Shown here: piece by piece, positions 33,861-42,307 of the stretch
Position numbering within the stretch: position 1 is the stretch's first letter
Layout of the letters: every line of letters begins with the position of its first letter
Origin: Steroidobacteraceae bacterium
GTDB taxonomy: Bacteria; Pseudomonadota; Gammaproteobacteria; Steroidobacterales; Steroidobacteraceae
Direction: 5' to 3'
Assembly (NCBI GenBank): GCA_035481975.1
Contig: DATHRC010000008.1
Span: 15,877 to 79,876 of the forward strand
Length of the DNA: 64,000 bases
Notes under the pieces: generated by a model
What the model saw: only the letters and a program-made list of their open reading frames with translations
Database searches by the model: none
What the model was told of the DNA's origin: nothing
Translations under genes and position numbers: made by a program

Positions 33861-36512
33861 TCAGTGGTTCACCGCCACGCCGAAGGTGATGACCGCCGAC
33901 TGCCCGGGTGTCAGAGTGCCGACATTGGCGCTGAAGGAGCCGGTGCCGCCCACCGCCGGCGCGCCACCCGCGATACTGCCGACGGTCGTGGCTGGCGCGG
34001 TGCTCAAGGTGGTGAAGGTGGGGGTGGCGTCCGATACCACCACCGCGGTGGCGTTGCTCGAGCCGCTGTTGGTGACGGTGATCTGGTAGTCCACGCACTG
34101 CGCCGGTTTGGCGCTGATGGTGGTGGCGGCGTACACGGTGCCACCCGTCGGGCCGGTGCAGCCGGCATCGAGCGCCTGCAGCTTGAGCAGCGTCAGGTTA
34201 CCGGCGACCACCGTGGTGGTGTCGACGGCCACGGCGGGCGCCGGAGCGGCGGACACGTAGCTGCCGTTGGTGGTGGTGGCCGTGTTGGTGGTGGTATCGA
34301 CCGCCCCCACCGTGGCGGCGGCCGGTGCGATCACCTTGACGAAGATGGTGATCGACTGACCGGGGGCGAGGCCCGCGCCGAGACCGGTGACCGTGTTGAG
34401 ATTGCCGGTGATCTGCGGGTCGTTCGCATCCAGGCTGCTGCCGCCATCGGCGTCGTAGTAGAGCTGCGAGGTCCAGCCGGCCTGGTTGTTGGCGCTGGTG
34501 AAGGCAATGGTGCTCACCGTGCCGTTGCCCTCGACGACGTTGCCGTTGTTGGTGAGCGTCTGGGTGTAGACGAAGGAACCTCCCGCCGCGACCTGTCCAG
34601 AGTGGTTGGGCGTGAAGGTGAGCGAGCGCGTCGCGTTGACCGTCACCGCGTCAAAAATGGTGTCGGTCGCCGCGGAATTGGGCGACAGCGCGCGGAAGTA
34701 CAGGTTGTTGCTGCTGGCGGCGAAACCGGCCGGCACGGTCACGACCGCGCACACCACCACGTTGCTGAGCGAGGCCACGGTGCCGGTGTTGGTGATCGTG
34801 GCGCCGGTGGTGGAGCAGTTGCCCGCGCCACCGTCGGCCTTGAAGGTCACTGTCCAGCCGGCCGGCAACGTCTGGCTGGAGAAGTTCGCCACGGTGCTGG
34901 CCGCCAGGTTGTAGTTGTCGGGCGAGGGGCCGCGGTTGTTGGCCACCAGGATGAAGGTGGTGCTGCTGCCCGGGGCGGTGGTGTTGGTGATCACCGGGGA
35001 GCCTTCCGGCCCCGGACCCTGGCCCGGCGCCGGCGAGCCGGCGTTGTAGGGGCTGTTGTTGGTCACGTCGACCGCATTGGAGGAGATCGCGCTCAGCGTG
35101 TCGGTCGCGGTCGCGGTCACCGCCGCGTTGAACACGGAAGCGGCGCTCTTCTGCACGGTGAACGGCGCACCGGTGTTGGTGGCGTTCGCCGGCAGGTTGG
35201 CCTTGACGATGACGTTGTAGGTGGCGCCCGCCGCCAGCGGCCCGGTATCGGCAATGCCGTCGCCGTTGGTGTCGGTGAGCGGCGTGACGCCGTCGCTCTT
35301 GAACAGCTGGAAGGTGGTGCCGGCGGGGAAAGTGTTGGTGCCGACGGTGATATTGAAGGTGTCGGTACCGTTACCGGTGTTGGTCACCGTATTGGTGAAG
35401 CTCACCGCCGAGCCCGGCGCCGCCGGTCCCGCCACCGTCTGGCCGGTGAAGGTCAGCGCCACCGTCTGCCGCACCGTGAACGGCACGGTGTTGGTGCTGC
35501 CGCTGACGTTGGTGCCGCCGCCGTTGCTGTAGATGTAGGTCGCGGTATTGTTCAGGACGCCGGCGGCGGTGGCCGCAGCGACGTTCACCTGGAAAGTCAC
35601 CGTGCCGGACTGCCCGGCGGTCACCTGGGCGAGCGTCGCCGTGAAGGTGTTGCTGGCGGCGGTGTAGCTGGAGGTGATGGTATTGGGCGCAGTACCGCTG
35701 GTGCCCCCGGTATCCGACAGCGCCGTGGCTCCCGTGACGCTCCAGCGCCCGGAGCCGGCCACATAGGTGAGGCCGGTGGGGATCGCATCGGTGAGCGCTA
35801 CGCTGGTGGCGGTGCTGTTGCCGGTGTTGGTGTAGCTCAGCGTATAGGTATAGGGACCGGAGGGGGCATTGCCGCTGGCCGCGCTCACCGCCTTGGTGAT
35901 GACCACCGCGGCGTTGTTGGTGACCGTGGTGACGTCGGTGTTGCTGCCGCTCTTGGTGTTGTCGAACACGCTGGTGGCGGTGACGGTGACCGTATTGGTC
36001 TGTCCGGCGGTCGCCGTGCCCGGCAGGGTGGCGGCGACCACGAAGCGGAAGGTCGCCCCGGAGTTGACCGCGCCGCTCGAGGTGAGCGGTGAGCCGGTCG
36101 GCTGACCACTGCCGTTGTCGGCATAGATCTGCACGCTGCTCATGGTGAAAGCGCCGGCATTGGCCGTCGTCAGATTGAACGTGTCGACGCCGTTGCCGCT
36201 ATTGGTGAGGGTGTGCGGGTAATAGACCACGCTGCCCGCGGTGGCATTCTGCGCACCGTTCTGGGTGAGCGTGAGGCTCGCCACCTGCTGCACGGTGGTC
36301 TGCACCACGTTGGAGGTGACGGTGTGCGACACCCCGGAGGTATCGGTGTAGGTGGCCGACGCCTGGTTGCTGATGGACGTGCCCGCCGGCGGCGGGACCG
36401 CCTGCACGCTGCCGACGGCGGCGATGGCGAGTACCGCGGCGACCAGGACGCTCGCAGCACGACGCAGCCGGCTGGTTGCAGCTGCGGACGGATATTGTTT
36501 GAATGCAGTCAA
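33861..36512 (-). CDS. 883-aa exported protein made of multiple DUF11-type (conserved-repeat, Ig-like) domains
   Basis: It has a TTG start at 36512, with GGAG 8 nt upstream on the coding strand. The signal peptide is ...VLVAAVLAIAAVGSVQA, followed by VPPPAGTSISN. The motif recurs as xYxxTLTNxGNxxDTF / TNTGNSTATSVALTDAIPTGLTYV / TVTNSGSSNATAVVVSDATP. Composition is Thr/Gly/Ala/Asn-rich. Confidence 0.8.
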   Translation of the reverse strand: MTAFKQYPSAAATSRLRRAASVLVAAVLAIAAVGSVQAVPPPAGTSISNQASATYTDTSGVSHTVTSNVVQTTVQQVASLTLTQNGAQNATAGSVVYYPHTLTNSGNGVDTFNLTTANAGAFTMSSVQIYADNGSGQPTGSPLTSSGAVNSGATFRFVVAATLPGTATAGQTNTVTVTATSVFDNTKSGSNTDVTTVTNNAAVVITKAVSAASGNAPSGPYTYTLSYTNTGNSTATSVALTDAIPTGLTYVAGSGRWSVTGATALSDTGGTSGTAPNTITSSYTAASNTFTATLAQVTAGQSGTVTFQVNVAAATAAGVLNNTATYIYSNGGGTNVSGSTNTVPFTVRQTVALTFTGQTVAGPAAPGSAVSFTNTVTNTGNGTDTFNITVGTNTFPAGTTFQLFKSDGVTPLTDTNGDGIADTGPLAAGATYNVIVKANLPANATNTGAPFTVQKSAASVFNAAVTATATDTLSAISSNAVDVTNNSPYNAGSPAPGQGPGPEGSPVITNTTAPGSSTTFILVANNRGPSPDNYNLAASTVANFSSQTLPAGWTVTFKADGGAGNCSTTGATITNTGTVASLSNVVVCAVVTVPAGFAASSNNLYFRALSPNSAATDTIFDAVTVNATRSLTFTPNHSGQVAAGGSFVYTQTLTNNGNVVEGNGTVSTIAFTSANNQAGWTSQLYYDADGGSSLDANDPQITGNLNTVTGLGAGLAPGQSITIFVKVIAPAAATVGAVDTTTNTATTTNGSYVSAAPAPAVAVDTTTVVAGNLTLLKLQALDAGCTGPTGGTVYAATTISAKPAQCVDYQITVTNSGSSNATAVVVSDATPTFTTLSTAPATTVGSIAGGAPAVGGTGSFSANVGTLTPGQSAVITFGVAVNH

Positions 36513-36565
36513 GATGTAACTCCGTGAAACTTAAGCTGTTGATGTCGTACGTGAGGCGCGCGGCA

Positions 36566-37090
36566 TCAGCCCGCAGGCGTGCCGGCGGCCGCGGCGGCGA
36601 CCGCCGGGGCGGCGGTGTTGACGCGTACGCGCGCGCTCACCTCGCGGCTTGCGCCCGCGGCGAGGATGCCGAGGTTCCAGCGCAGCGCGCGGTAGTCCTC
36701 CAGCGGCACCGCCGCGAGGCGCTCCCTGCCGTCGGCCTGGCGCACGCGCCGCAGCAGCGGCAGCGGCGCGAAGGTCGTGCCATCGGTGCTCGCCAGAGCG
36801 TCCGGGGGCAGCTGCGAGCCGTCGAGCAGCGTCGTGCCCGCCGGGATGGGCAGACTGGCGACCAGCCCCTGCACCGCCGCGGCGGAGTGATTCGTGTAGG
36901 TGACGCGGTACTCGAGTACGTCGCCTGGTTTGCTGGCCTGCACCGGATGCAATACGGACTTGCCGTCGACGGTCTCGACCTTCTCCACCTGCAACTGCGA
37001 GCTGACGAGTGCGGACTGCGCCCAGGCGACCCCTGCCAGAGCCAGACACGCGAACCAGACCGGCCAATGCCGCGGCGATATAAAACGCAT
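36566..37090 (-). CDS. 174-aa exported single-DUF11-domain protein, first gene of the operon
   Basis: ATG 37090 was verified, with GAAGG 6 nt upstream. The signal peptide is WFACLALAGVAWA. The DUF11-like core reads PGDVLEYRVTYTNHSAAAVQGLVASLPIPAGTTLL...WNLGILAAGASREVSARVRV. The protein ends in an Ala-rich tail. Confidence 0.75.
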   Translation of the reverse strand: MRFISPRHWPVWFACLALAGVAWAQSALVSSQLQVEKVETVDGKSVLHPVQASKPGDVLEYRVTYTNHSAAAVQGLVASLPIPAGTTLLDGSQLPPDALASTDGTTFAPLPLLRRVRQADGRERLAAVPLEDYRALRWNLGILAAGASREVSARVRVNTAAPAVAAAAAGTPAG

Positions 37091-37156
37091 ACTTACCTTC
37101 TTTGTTGAACCAACTTGAGGGAACCACTAAGGGTTTTCCCTATAGGAGTATTGGAG

Positions 37157-37196
37157 CCGATTGACAGAACGTGGCCGGCAACCGATTTCACAGAAC
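37157..37196. repeat. imperfect direct repeat upstream of the DUF11 operon (candidate operator)
   Basis: CCGATT-GACAGAAC (37157-37170) and CCGATTTCACAGAAC (37182-37196) repeat with a 25-nt period, 67-106 nt upstream of ATG 37090. They sit in a locally AT-richer stretch. Confidence 0.4.
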
Positions 37197-37247
37197 AGCG
37201 GGCACCGCCGCGGACCGCGTTCACAATTCGCCCGCCCGCGCGGGCAA

Positions 37248-37267
37248 AGTGCGACCTGCGTCGCACT
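37248..37267 (-). terminator. candidate hairpin downstream of the GNAT gene
   Basis: AGTGCGAC-ctgc-GTCGCACT is an 8-bp stem with a 4-nt loop, about 125 nt after the stop at 37391. It is preceded by the palindrome GCCCGCGCGGGC. There is no U-tract. Confidence 0.3.
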
Positions 37268-37390
37268 CGGCGCGGCTCGGGCTACCTCAATCGAGAGATG
37301 ACATCCAACACGTGCCGGCTCGGCAAGGCCGATGTCAGTTAGATTGCAGCGTCCGCAGCGGGGAGATGGCGCGGGCGTCTTGACGCTTCT

Positions 37391-37825
37391 TCAGCGTTCG
37401 TAACGTATGAACGAGGTGCGGCGCGCGAGCGTGTCATACAGCGCGCGCCCGGCGGCATTGAATTCCTGGGTGAGCCAGTAGACGCCGGCGGCCTGGGCCT
37501 GGTCGGCCGCGGCGTACACCGCGTGAATCAGGGCGCGCCCGATGCCGCCGCCGCGGGCCTGGGGATCGACGAACAGATCCTCGAGGTAGCACATCGGCTG
37601 CAATGACCAGCTCGATGGATGAAACAGGTAATGCGCGAAGCCGACGAGCGTCCCCTGCCGCTCCGCCACCAGTCCGTGCGGCTGCACGCCCGGCTCGATG
37701 AGCCGGGCAAACGTGCGGTCGGTCACCGCGGCGGGCAGATGCTGGCGGTAGAAGCGCAGATAGCCGTCCCAGAGCGGCTGCCATTGATCACGGTCATCGG
37801 CCCGCAGATTTCTGATCTCATGCAT
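37391..37825 (-). CDS. GNAT-family N-acetyltransferase
   Basis: 144 aa. The acetyl-CoA-binding motif A-like segment reads LEDLFVDPQARGGGIGRALI. Confidence 0.85.
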   Translation of the reverse strand: MHEIRNLRADDRDQWQPLWDGYLRFYRQHLPAAVTDRTFARLIEPGVQPHGLVAERQGTLVGFAHYLFHPSSWSLQPMCYLEDLFVDPQARGGGIGRALIHAVYAAADQAQAAGVYWLTQEFNAAGRALYDTLARRTSFIRYER

Positions 37826-37840
37826 CGCGTGCCGCCCTTG

Positions 37841-38035
37841 TCAGCGAAACGGCGCGGCGCGATGACTCTCGGCGAGCACCTGGTCGAGGGCGCGCCGCAG
37901 CAGCACCTGCATCGAGCAGCCGCTGCGGTGACTCACGGACTTCAGCAGCCAGTACTTGCGCGGTGGCAGATACAGAGTCACCGCGACCTGCCGGCCCTTC
38001 ATGTGACGATTCGAGGTCCGCTGCTTGACGAACAT
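37841..38035 (-). CDS. small ribbon-helix-helix (CopG/Arc-like) protein
   Basis: The ORF track starts at 38062. I prefer ATG 38035 (verified) because a purine-rich GGAAGGGGGG lies 5-6 nt upstream. A beta-strand followed by two helices is suggested by VAVTLYLPPRKYWLLKSVSHRSGCSMQVLLRRALDQVL. There is a 15-nt gap to the GNAT gene. Confidence 0.6.
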   Translation of the reverse strand: MFVKQRTSNRHMKGRQVAVTLYLPPRKYWLLKSVSHRSGCSMQVLLRRALDQVLAESHRAAPFR

Positions 38036-38153
38036 CGAAGCCCCCCTTCCTGTCTCCTGCACCCTGCGACCTCCCGCGGCGGCCGCGCCGTGCGAGCGTG
38101 CCGGGCTACGCGACCGCTACCGCGGCAATTTACCGCAAGCGCAGCGCCGGCGC

Positions 38154-39590
38154 TTACGTTGTCGGGCCGCGGCGGCGCCCCTGCCAATAGAACGCCAGTC
38201 CCACCGCGGTGAGCGTGGCGGAGCCGCCGACCACTTTCAGCGCGATGAGCGCCGGGTTGGCGCTGTGCGTCGGCGGAATCATGGCCACCCCCACGCCGAG
38301 CAGCGTGACGCTGACGCCGCAGGCGGCTACCGCGACGCACACCCACGGACCGCCCGGCACGCGCACCGGGGGCTGCGGCATTCCCGCCGAGCGCGCCCGC
38401 AGCACCGGCAGCGCGGCGAACATATAGATGAGCGGCACCAGGCCGAGGATGATCGACATGTCGATGAGCACGAGGAAGGCCTCGTGGATGGCAGAACCGG
38501 AGACCGCAGTGAGGAGGATCAGCGTGGTGACCGTGCCCTGGACCAGCAGGGCCACGTACGGCGAGCGGTAGCGCGGGTGCACCGCCCCCAGGGCGCTTGG
38601 CAGGTACCGATCGAGACCAAACAGGAACGGCAGCCGCGCGGTGCCCGCCACCCAGGCTCCGAGTGTGCCGGCCTGCGACAGCGCCACCAGCGCCGCCGCC
38701 ACGGCGCCGAAAGCCGGCACGCCGATCCGCGCGCCGACGGTGGCGAGGGCCTGGGGGATGCCGCTGATGACGTTGATCTCATGGGCCGGCAGGGCGACGA
38801 GCAGCGCAGCCGTTCCGGCAATGTAAAGGAGCGGCACCACGAGGCAGGCGATGAGCACCGCACGCGCGATCGAACGGCGGGGGTCCTTGATCTCCCCGCC
38901 CAGGATCGGACCGAGCTCGAGCCCGACATAAGCCAGCGCCATGGCGGAGAAGCTCGCGAGCGTGGGCAGCGAGTGCAGGTCGGGGAGCAGCGCCATACGG
39001 CCGAAGGCGGTGGCACTGCCGGAAGTTCGCCAGGCGAGCCCCCCGGCGCCGAGGATCAGCGCGCCGGCGATCCAGGTGGCGAAACCACCGACGTTCTGCA
39101 GCCACTTGGCGCGACTCAGCCCCAGGATGTTGAGGAGCGTCGCGAACCACAGCACGCCGAGACACACCGCGCCGTTATAAAGCGGGCTGTCCGCCAGCGC
39201 GAGCCACGGCCCGCCGCGAACGAAGAGTATCGCCGCGGCGATGAACAGCAGCAGCGACGGGAAGAACACCAGATTGCTGACCCAGTAGGACCAGCCGACG
39301 ATGAAGGCGTGCAGCTCGCCGAAGGCCGCACGCGACCAGATGTAGATGCCGCCTTCGCCCGGCAGGCGCGAGCTCAGCTCGAGCACCGTGAGCGCCGACG
39401 GCAGGAAGAAGGTGAGCATGCCGAAGAGCCACAGGGTGAGGCTCGCAGGTCCGATCTGGGCGGCGATCGACAGCCAGCGAAATGAGATGATCGCCGCGAC
39501 GTTGAGCAGCACCAGGTCGAGCAGACCGAGGCTGCGTTGCAGCCGCGGTCCGGCGTCGCGGTCCGAGGTCACGGCGACGCATGCTAGCAT
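38154..39590 (-). CDS. APC-superfamily amino-acid/polyamine permease
   Basis: 478 aa with about 12 TM helices. The N-terminal signature reads LGLLDLVLLNVAAIISFRWL...GEGGIYIWSRAAFG. Confidence 0.85.
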   Translation of the reverse strand: MLACVAVTSDRDAGPRLQRSLGLLDLVLLNVAAIISFRWLSIAAQIGPASLTLWLFGMLTFFLPSALTVLELSSRLPGEGGIYIWSRAAFGELHAFIVGWSYWVSNLVFFPSLLLFIAAAILFVRGGPWLALADSPLYNGAVCLGVLWFATLLNILGLSRAKWLQNVGGFATWIAGALILGAGGLAWRTSGSATAFGRMALLPDLHSLPTLASFSAMALAYVGLELGPILGGEIKDPRRSIARAVLIACLVVPLLYIAGTAALLVALPAHEINVISGIPQALATVGARIGVPAFGAVAAALVALSQAGTLGAWVAGTARLPFLFGLDRYLPSALGAVHPRYRSPYVALLVQGTVTTLILLTAVSGSAIHEAFLVLIDMSIILGLVPLIYMFAALPVLRARSAGMPQPPVRVPGGPWVCVAVAACGVSVTLLGVGVAMIPPTHSANPALIALKVVGGSATLTAVGLAFYWQGRRRGPTT

Positions 39591-39634
39591 GCGCGCCGCA
39601 ACAGATAATTCCAGGTCCGCCGGCGCATCTCTAC

Positions 39635-41281
39635 ATGGAGGTTTTCGATTACATCATCGTCGGCGCGGGCACCGCCGGCTGCGTACTCGCCAGCCGGCTG
39701 GTGGCGAGCGGCCGGCGCCGCGTGCTGCTGCTCGAGGCGGGCGGCTCCGACCGCAGGTTGTGGATCCGCGTGCCGATCGGCTACGGCCGCACCTTCAGCG
39801 ATCCGCGTGTCAACTGGATGTACGCGACCGAGCCCGAGCCGGCGTTGCTCGGACGGCGCGTGTTCTGGCCGCGCGGCAAGGTGCTCGGCGGCTCCGGCTC
39901 GATCAACGGCATGGTGTACGTGCGCGGCTTGCCGCACGACTTCGATGACTGGCAGGCGCTCGGCAATCCGGGCTGGGGATACCGCGAGGTGCTGCCGTAT
40001 TTCCGCAGGCTCGAGGATTACCCCGGGGCGCCGGACGAGTACCACGCGCGCGGCGGCCCGATCTCCATCACTGATGTGTCAGGGGCAGCGCATCCGTTGT
40101 GTCGCACCTTCATCGACAGCTGCATGCGCCTCGGCTACCCGCAGCTTGCAGATCTCAACGGTGCGCGCACCGAGGGCGTGAGCATCTATCAGATCACCAC
40201 GCGCAACGGGCTACGCGCCTCGACCGCGACCGGTTATCTGCGGCCGGCACTGCGCCAGCGTAACCTGACGCTGCGGCTGCGGGCGCAGGCGCTGCGGATC
40301 CTGTTCCACAGCCAGCGCGCGATCGGCATCGCCTATCGGCAGCGCGCGCATACCCACCAGGCGCGCGCCAGCCAGGGGGTGATCTTAAGCCTGGGTGCGG
40401 TCAACTCACCGCAGCTGCTGCAGCTCTCCGGGGTGGGCGACACCGGGCTGCTGCGCCGCCATGGCATCGAGGTGGTCGCGCACCATCCCCAGGTAGGTTT
40501 GAATCTGCAGGATCATCTGGACTTCTCCTACGGGTATCGCGCCAGGGTGCCGACCCTGAACGACGAGATCCACCCCTGGCGCGGCAAGCTCACGGCGGCG
40601 GTGCGTTATGCGCTGACGCGTGGCGGCCCGTTGTCCATGAGCATCAATCAGAGCGGCGGCTTCATCCGCAGCGACGCGGACCGCCCGCGGCCGAACATGC
40701 AGCTGTACTTCAGCCCGTTGAGCTACCCGGCGGCGCGCTGGCCCGTGCGCCGGCTGCTGCAACCGGACCCGTTCTCCGGCTTGGTGCTGTCGTTCAATCC
40801 CTGCCGGCCCACCAGTCGCGGGCGCATCGAGATCCGCAGCGCCGACCCGCTCGCCGCGCCGCTGATTTTCGCCAATTACCTGAGCACCGAGCACGACCTG
40901 GCGGAAGCGCTCGCCGGGGTGCGGCGGCTGCGCAGCATCGCCGCCACCGCGCCGCTCGCCGACGTCATTGCGGCGCAGCTCGAGCCGGCAGCGACCGGCA
41001 GCAGCGATGCGGCGCTGCTGCAGGAGTTTCGGACGCGCGCCACCACCTGCTTTCATCCGGTGGGCAGCTGCCGCATGGGGCCGGATGCGGCCGCAGCCGT
41101 GGTGGACGCGCGGCTGCGGGTGCACGGCCTGAGCGCGCTGTGGGTCGTCGATGCCTCGATCTTTCCGACCGTGACCTCGGGCAATACCAACACGCCGACC
41201 ATCATGGTCGCCGAGAAGGCAGCCGAGATGATCCGGGAAGAGGAGGGCGATGGGGTCAGCTGGGCCCGGCAGCCCGGATGA
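39635..41281 (+). CDS. GMC-family FAD-dependent oxidoreductase (choline-dehydrogenase-like)
   Basis: The start was moved to ATG 39635 (verified), giving MEVFDYIIVGAGTAGCVLASRL. GGSGSINGMVY and the C-terminal HPVGSCRMG and PTVTSGNTNTPTIMVAEK motifs are present. Confidence 0.9.
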   Translation: MEVFDYIIVGAGTAGCVLASRLVASGRRRVLLLEAGGSDRRLWIRVPIGYGRTFSDPRVNWMYATEPEPALLGRRVFWPRGKVLGGSGSINGMVYVRGLPHDFDDWQALGNPGWGYREVLPYFRRLEDYPGAPDEYHARGGPISITDVSGAAHPLCRTFIDSCMRLGYPQLADLNGARTEGVSIYQITTRNGLRASTATGYLRPALRQRNLTLRLRAQALRILFHSQRAIGIAYRQRAHTHQARASQGVILSLGAVNSPQLLQLSGVGDTGLLRRHGIEVVAHHPQVGLNLQDHLDFSYGYRARVPTLNDEIHPWRGKLTAAVRYALTRGGPLSMSINQSGGFIRSDADRPRPNMQLYFSPLSYPAARWPVRRLLQPDPFSGLVLSFNPCRPTSRGRIEIRSADPLAAPLIFANYLSTEHDLAEALAGVRRLRSIAATAPLADVIAAQLEPAATGSSDAALLQEFRTRATTCFHPVGSCRMGPDAAAAVVDARLRVHGLSALWVVDASIFPTVTSGNTNTPTIMVAEKAAEMIREEEGDGVSWARQPG

Positions 41282-42059
41282 TGAGCAACAGCCCTGCGCC
41301 GACGACGACGGCGCCAATGGCTCGCGCCACGCGCTCTCCGGCCGGAGCGAGACGCTCGACGGTAATGGCGGCCGTCACGGCGGCCATCGCGCGCAGGTCC
41401 ATGACCCCGACGGCGAGCAGGATCGCCGTGAGGCCGCCACAGCAGTAGCTGCAGTGCAGGCCGAGGCGCACGCCGTGTCGCCATGCCGTGCCGCCGTCCG
41501 CGGGCAATGTACGGCCGCACCCCGGTGCCTCCCGGCAGCAGGCCAGGTGATATGCCTTCCACGCGGTGAACTGCAGTGCGCCGGCGACGAGCACGACCAC
41601 ACCGACTGCGAGCGGCACGGCGCGCGCCAGCGCCGGCCGCTGCATCTCGACAGCTGCCAGCGCGACGCCCAGCGGAAAGGTAGCCATGCCGAACACGGTC
41701 CACACCAGGGCGTACCCCACGCCCACCCGCGCGGTCAGCCGGCCGAGGCGCGCCGCGCCGCTGCCGCCGACGGCCTGGCGGTAGCGCCACAGCATGGGCA
41801 CCAGGGACGGCAGCATCATCGCGGCCATCATCGCCAGCCACATGCCGAGGAAGGACGCCGCGGCGCCGGGCCACGTCTGTCCGGGCATCCGCATCCACGC
41901 CATCGACATCGTCCAGCCGCCGGGCATCGGCATCTCGCCCATTCCCGACATGGACGCGCTCCAGACGAACGTCACCGCGGCGCTGGCGGCGAACAGCAGC
42001 GCCGCGACGCCGAAGAAGGCTTGCTGAGAAGGCCGCCGGGAAATCATGCCGGAAATCAT
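41256..42059 (-). CDS. DUF2182-family predicted metal-binding membrane protein
   Basis: 267 aa. A Met-rich segment (MSGMGEMPMPGGWTMSMAWMRMPG), several TM helices and Cys clusters (ACCREAPGC, HCSYCCG) are present. It has a 26-nt convergent overlap with the GMC gene's 3' end. Confidence 0.75.
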   Translation of the reverse strand: MISGMISRRPSQQAFFGVAALLFAASAAVTFVWSASMSGMGEMPMPGGWTMSMAWMRMPGQTWPGAAASFLGMWLAMMAAMMLPSLVPMLWRYRQAVGGSGAARLGRLTARVGVGYALVWTVFGMATFPLGVALAAVEMQRPALARAVPLAVGVVVLVAGALQFTAWKAYHLACCREAPGCGRTLPADGGTAWRHGVRLGLHCSYCCGGLTAILLAVGVMDLRAMAAVTAAITVERLAPAGERVARAIGAVVVGAGLLLIIRAAGPS

Positions 42060-42295
42060 GCGGGATTCCTCTCGCTTTGCCGCCCGCGGCTCTGGCCTTC
42101 GGGTGTCAGGTGACGCGCGGCCTGAAGTTTCACGATCAGCACACTGAGCGAGAGCAGGATCTCGTTGCAGGCGCGAGCTTCCGATGTGGCGCGTTCCGGT
42201 CGGGAGCTGTCACCGAGCTGGTCACCCAGAAAGGCAATGAGCGCCCGCAGCTGCGCAATCGATGTGTCCAACAGCTCCCCGGCTGTAATCATCAT
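42056..42295 (-). CDS. hypothetical 79-aa helical protein
   Basis: It fills the gap between the DUF899 and DUF2182 genes. GC3-rich codon usage is consistent with real coding. The stop overlaps the DUF2182 start by 4 nt. No motif was recognised. Confidence 0.4.
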   Translation of the reverse strand: MMITAGELLDTSIAQLRALIAFLGDQLGDSSRPERATSEARACNEILLSLSVLIVKLQAARHLTPEGQSRGRQSERNPA

Positions 42296-42307
42296 CGCCG
42301 ACCCCTT

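Noticed and set aside
25400-37090. The DUF11 cluster read as a classical chaperone-usher pilus, a sortase pilus, a type V autotransporter or a two-partner secretion locus.
   Set aside because: I recognised no PapD-like chaperone, sortase with LPXTG signals, TpsB/Omp85 gene or POTRA-like sequence. The C-terminal module of the 1929-aa protein is about three times the size of an autotransporter barrel. The analogy to usher operons is kept only as an organisational hypothesis.
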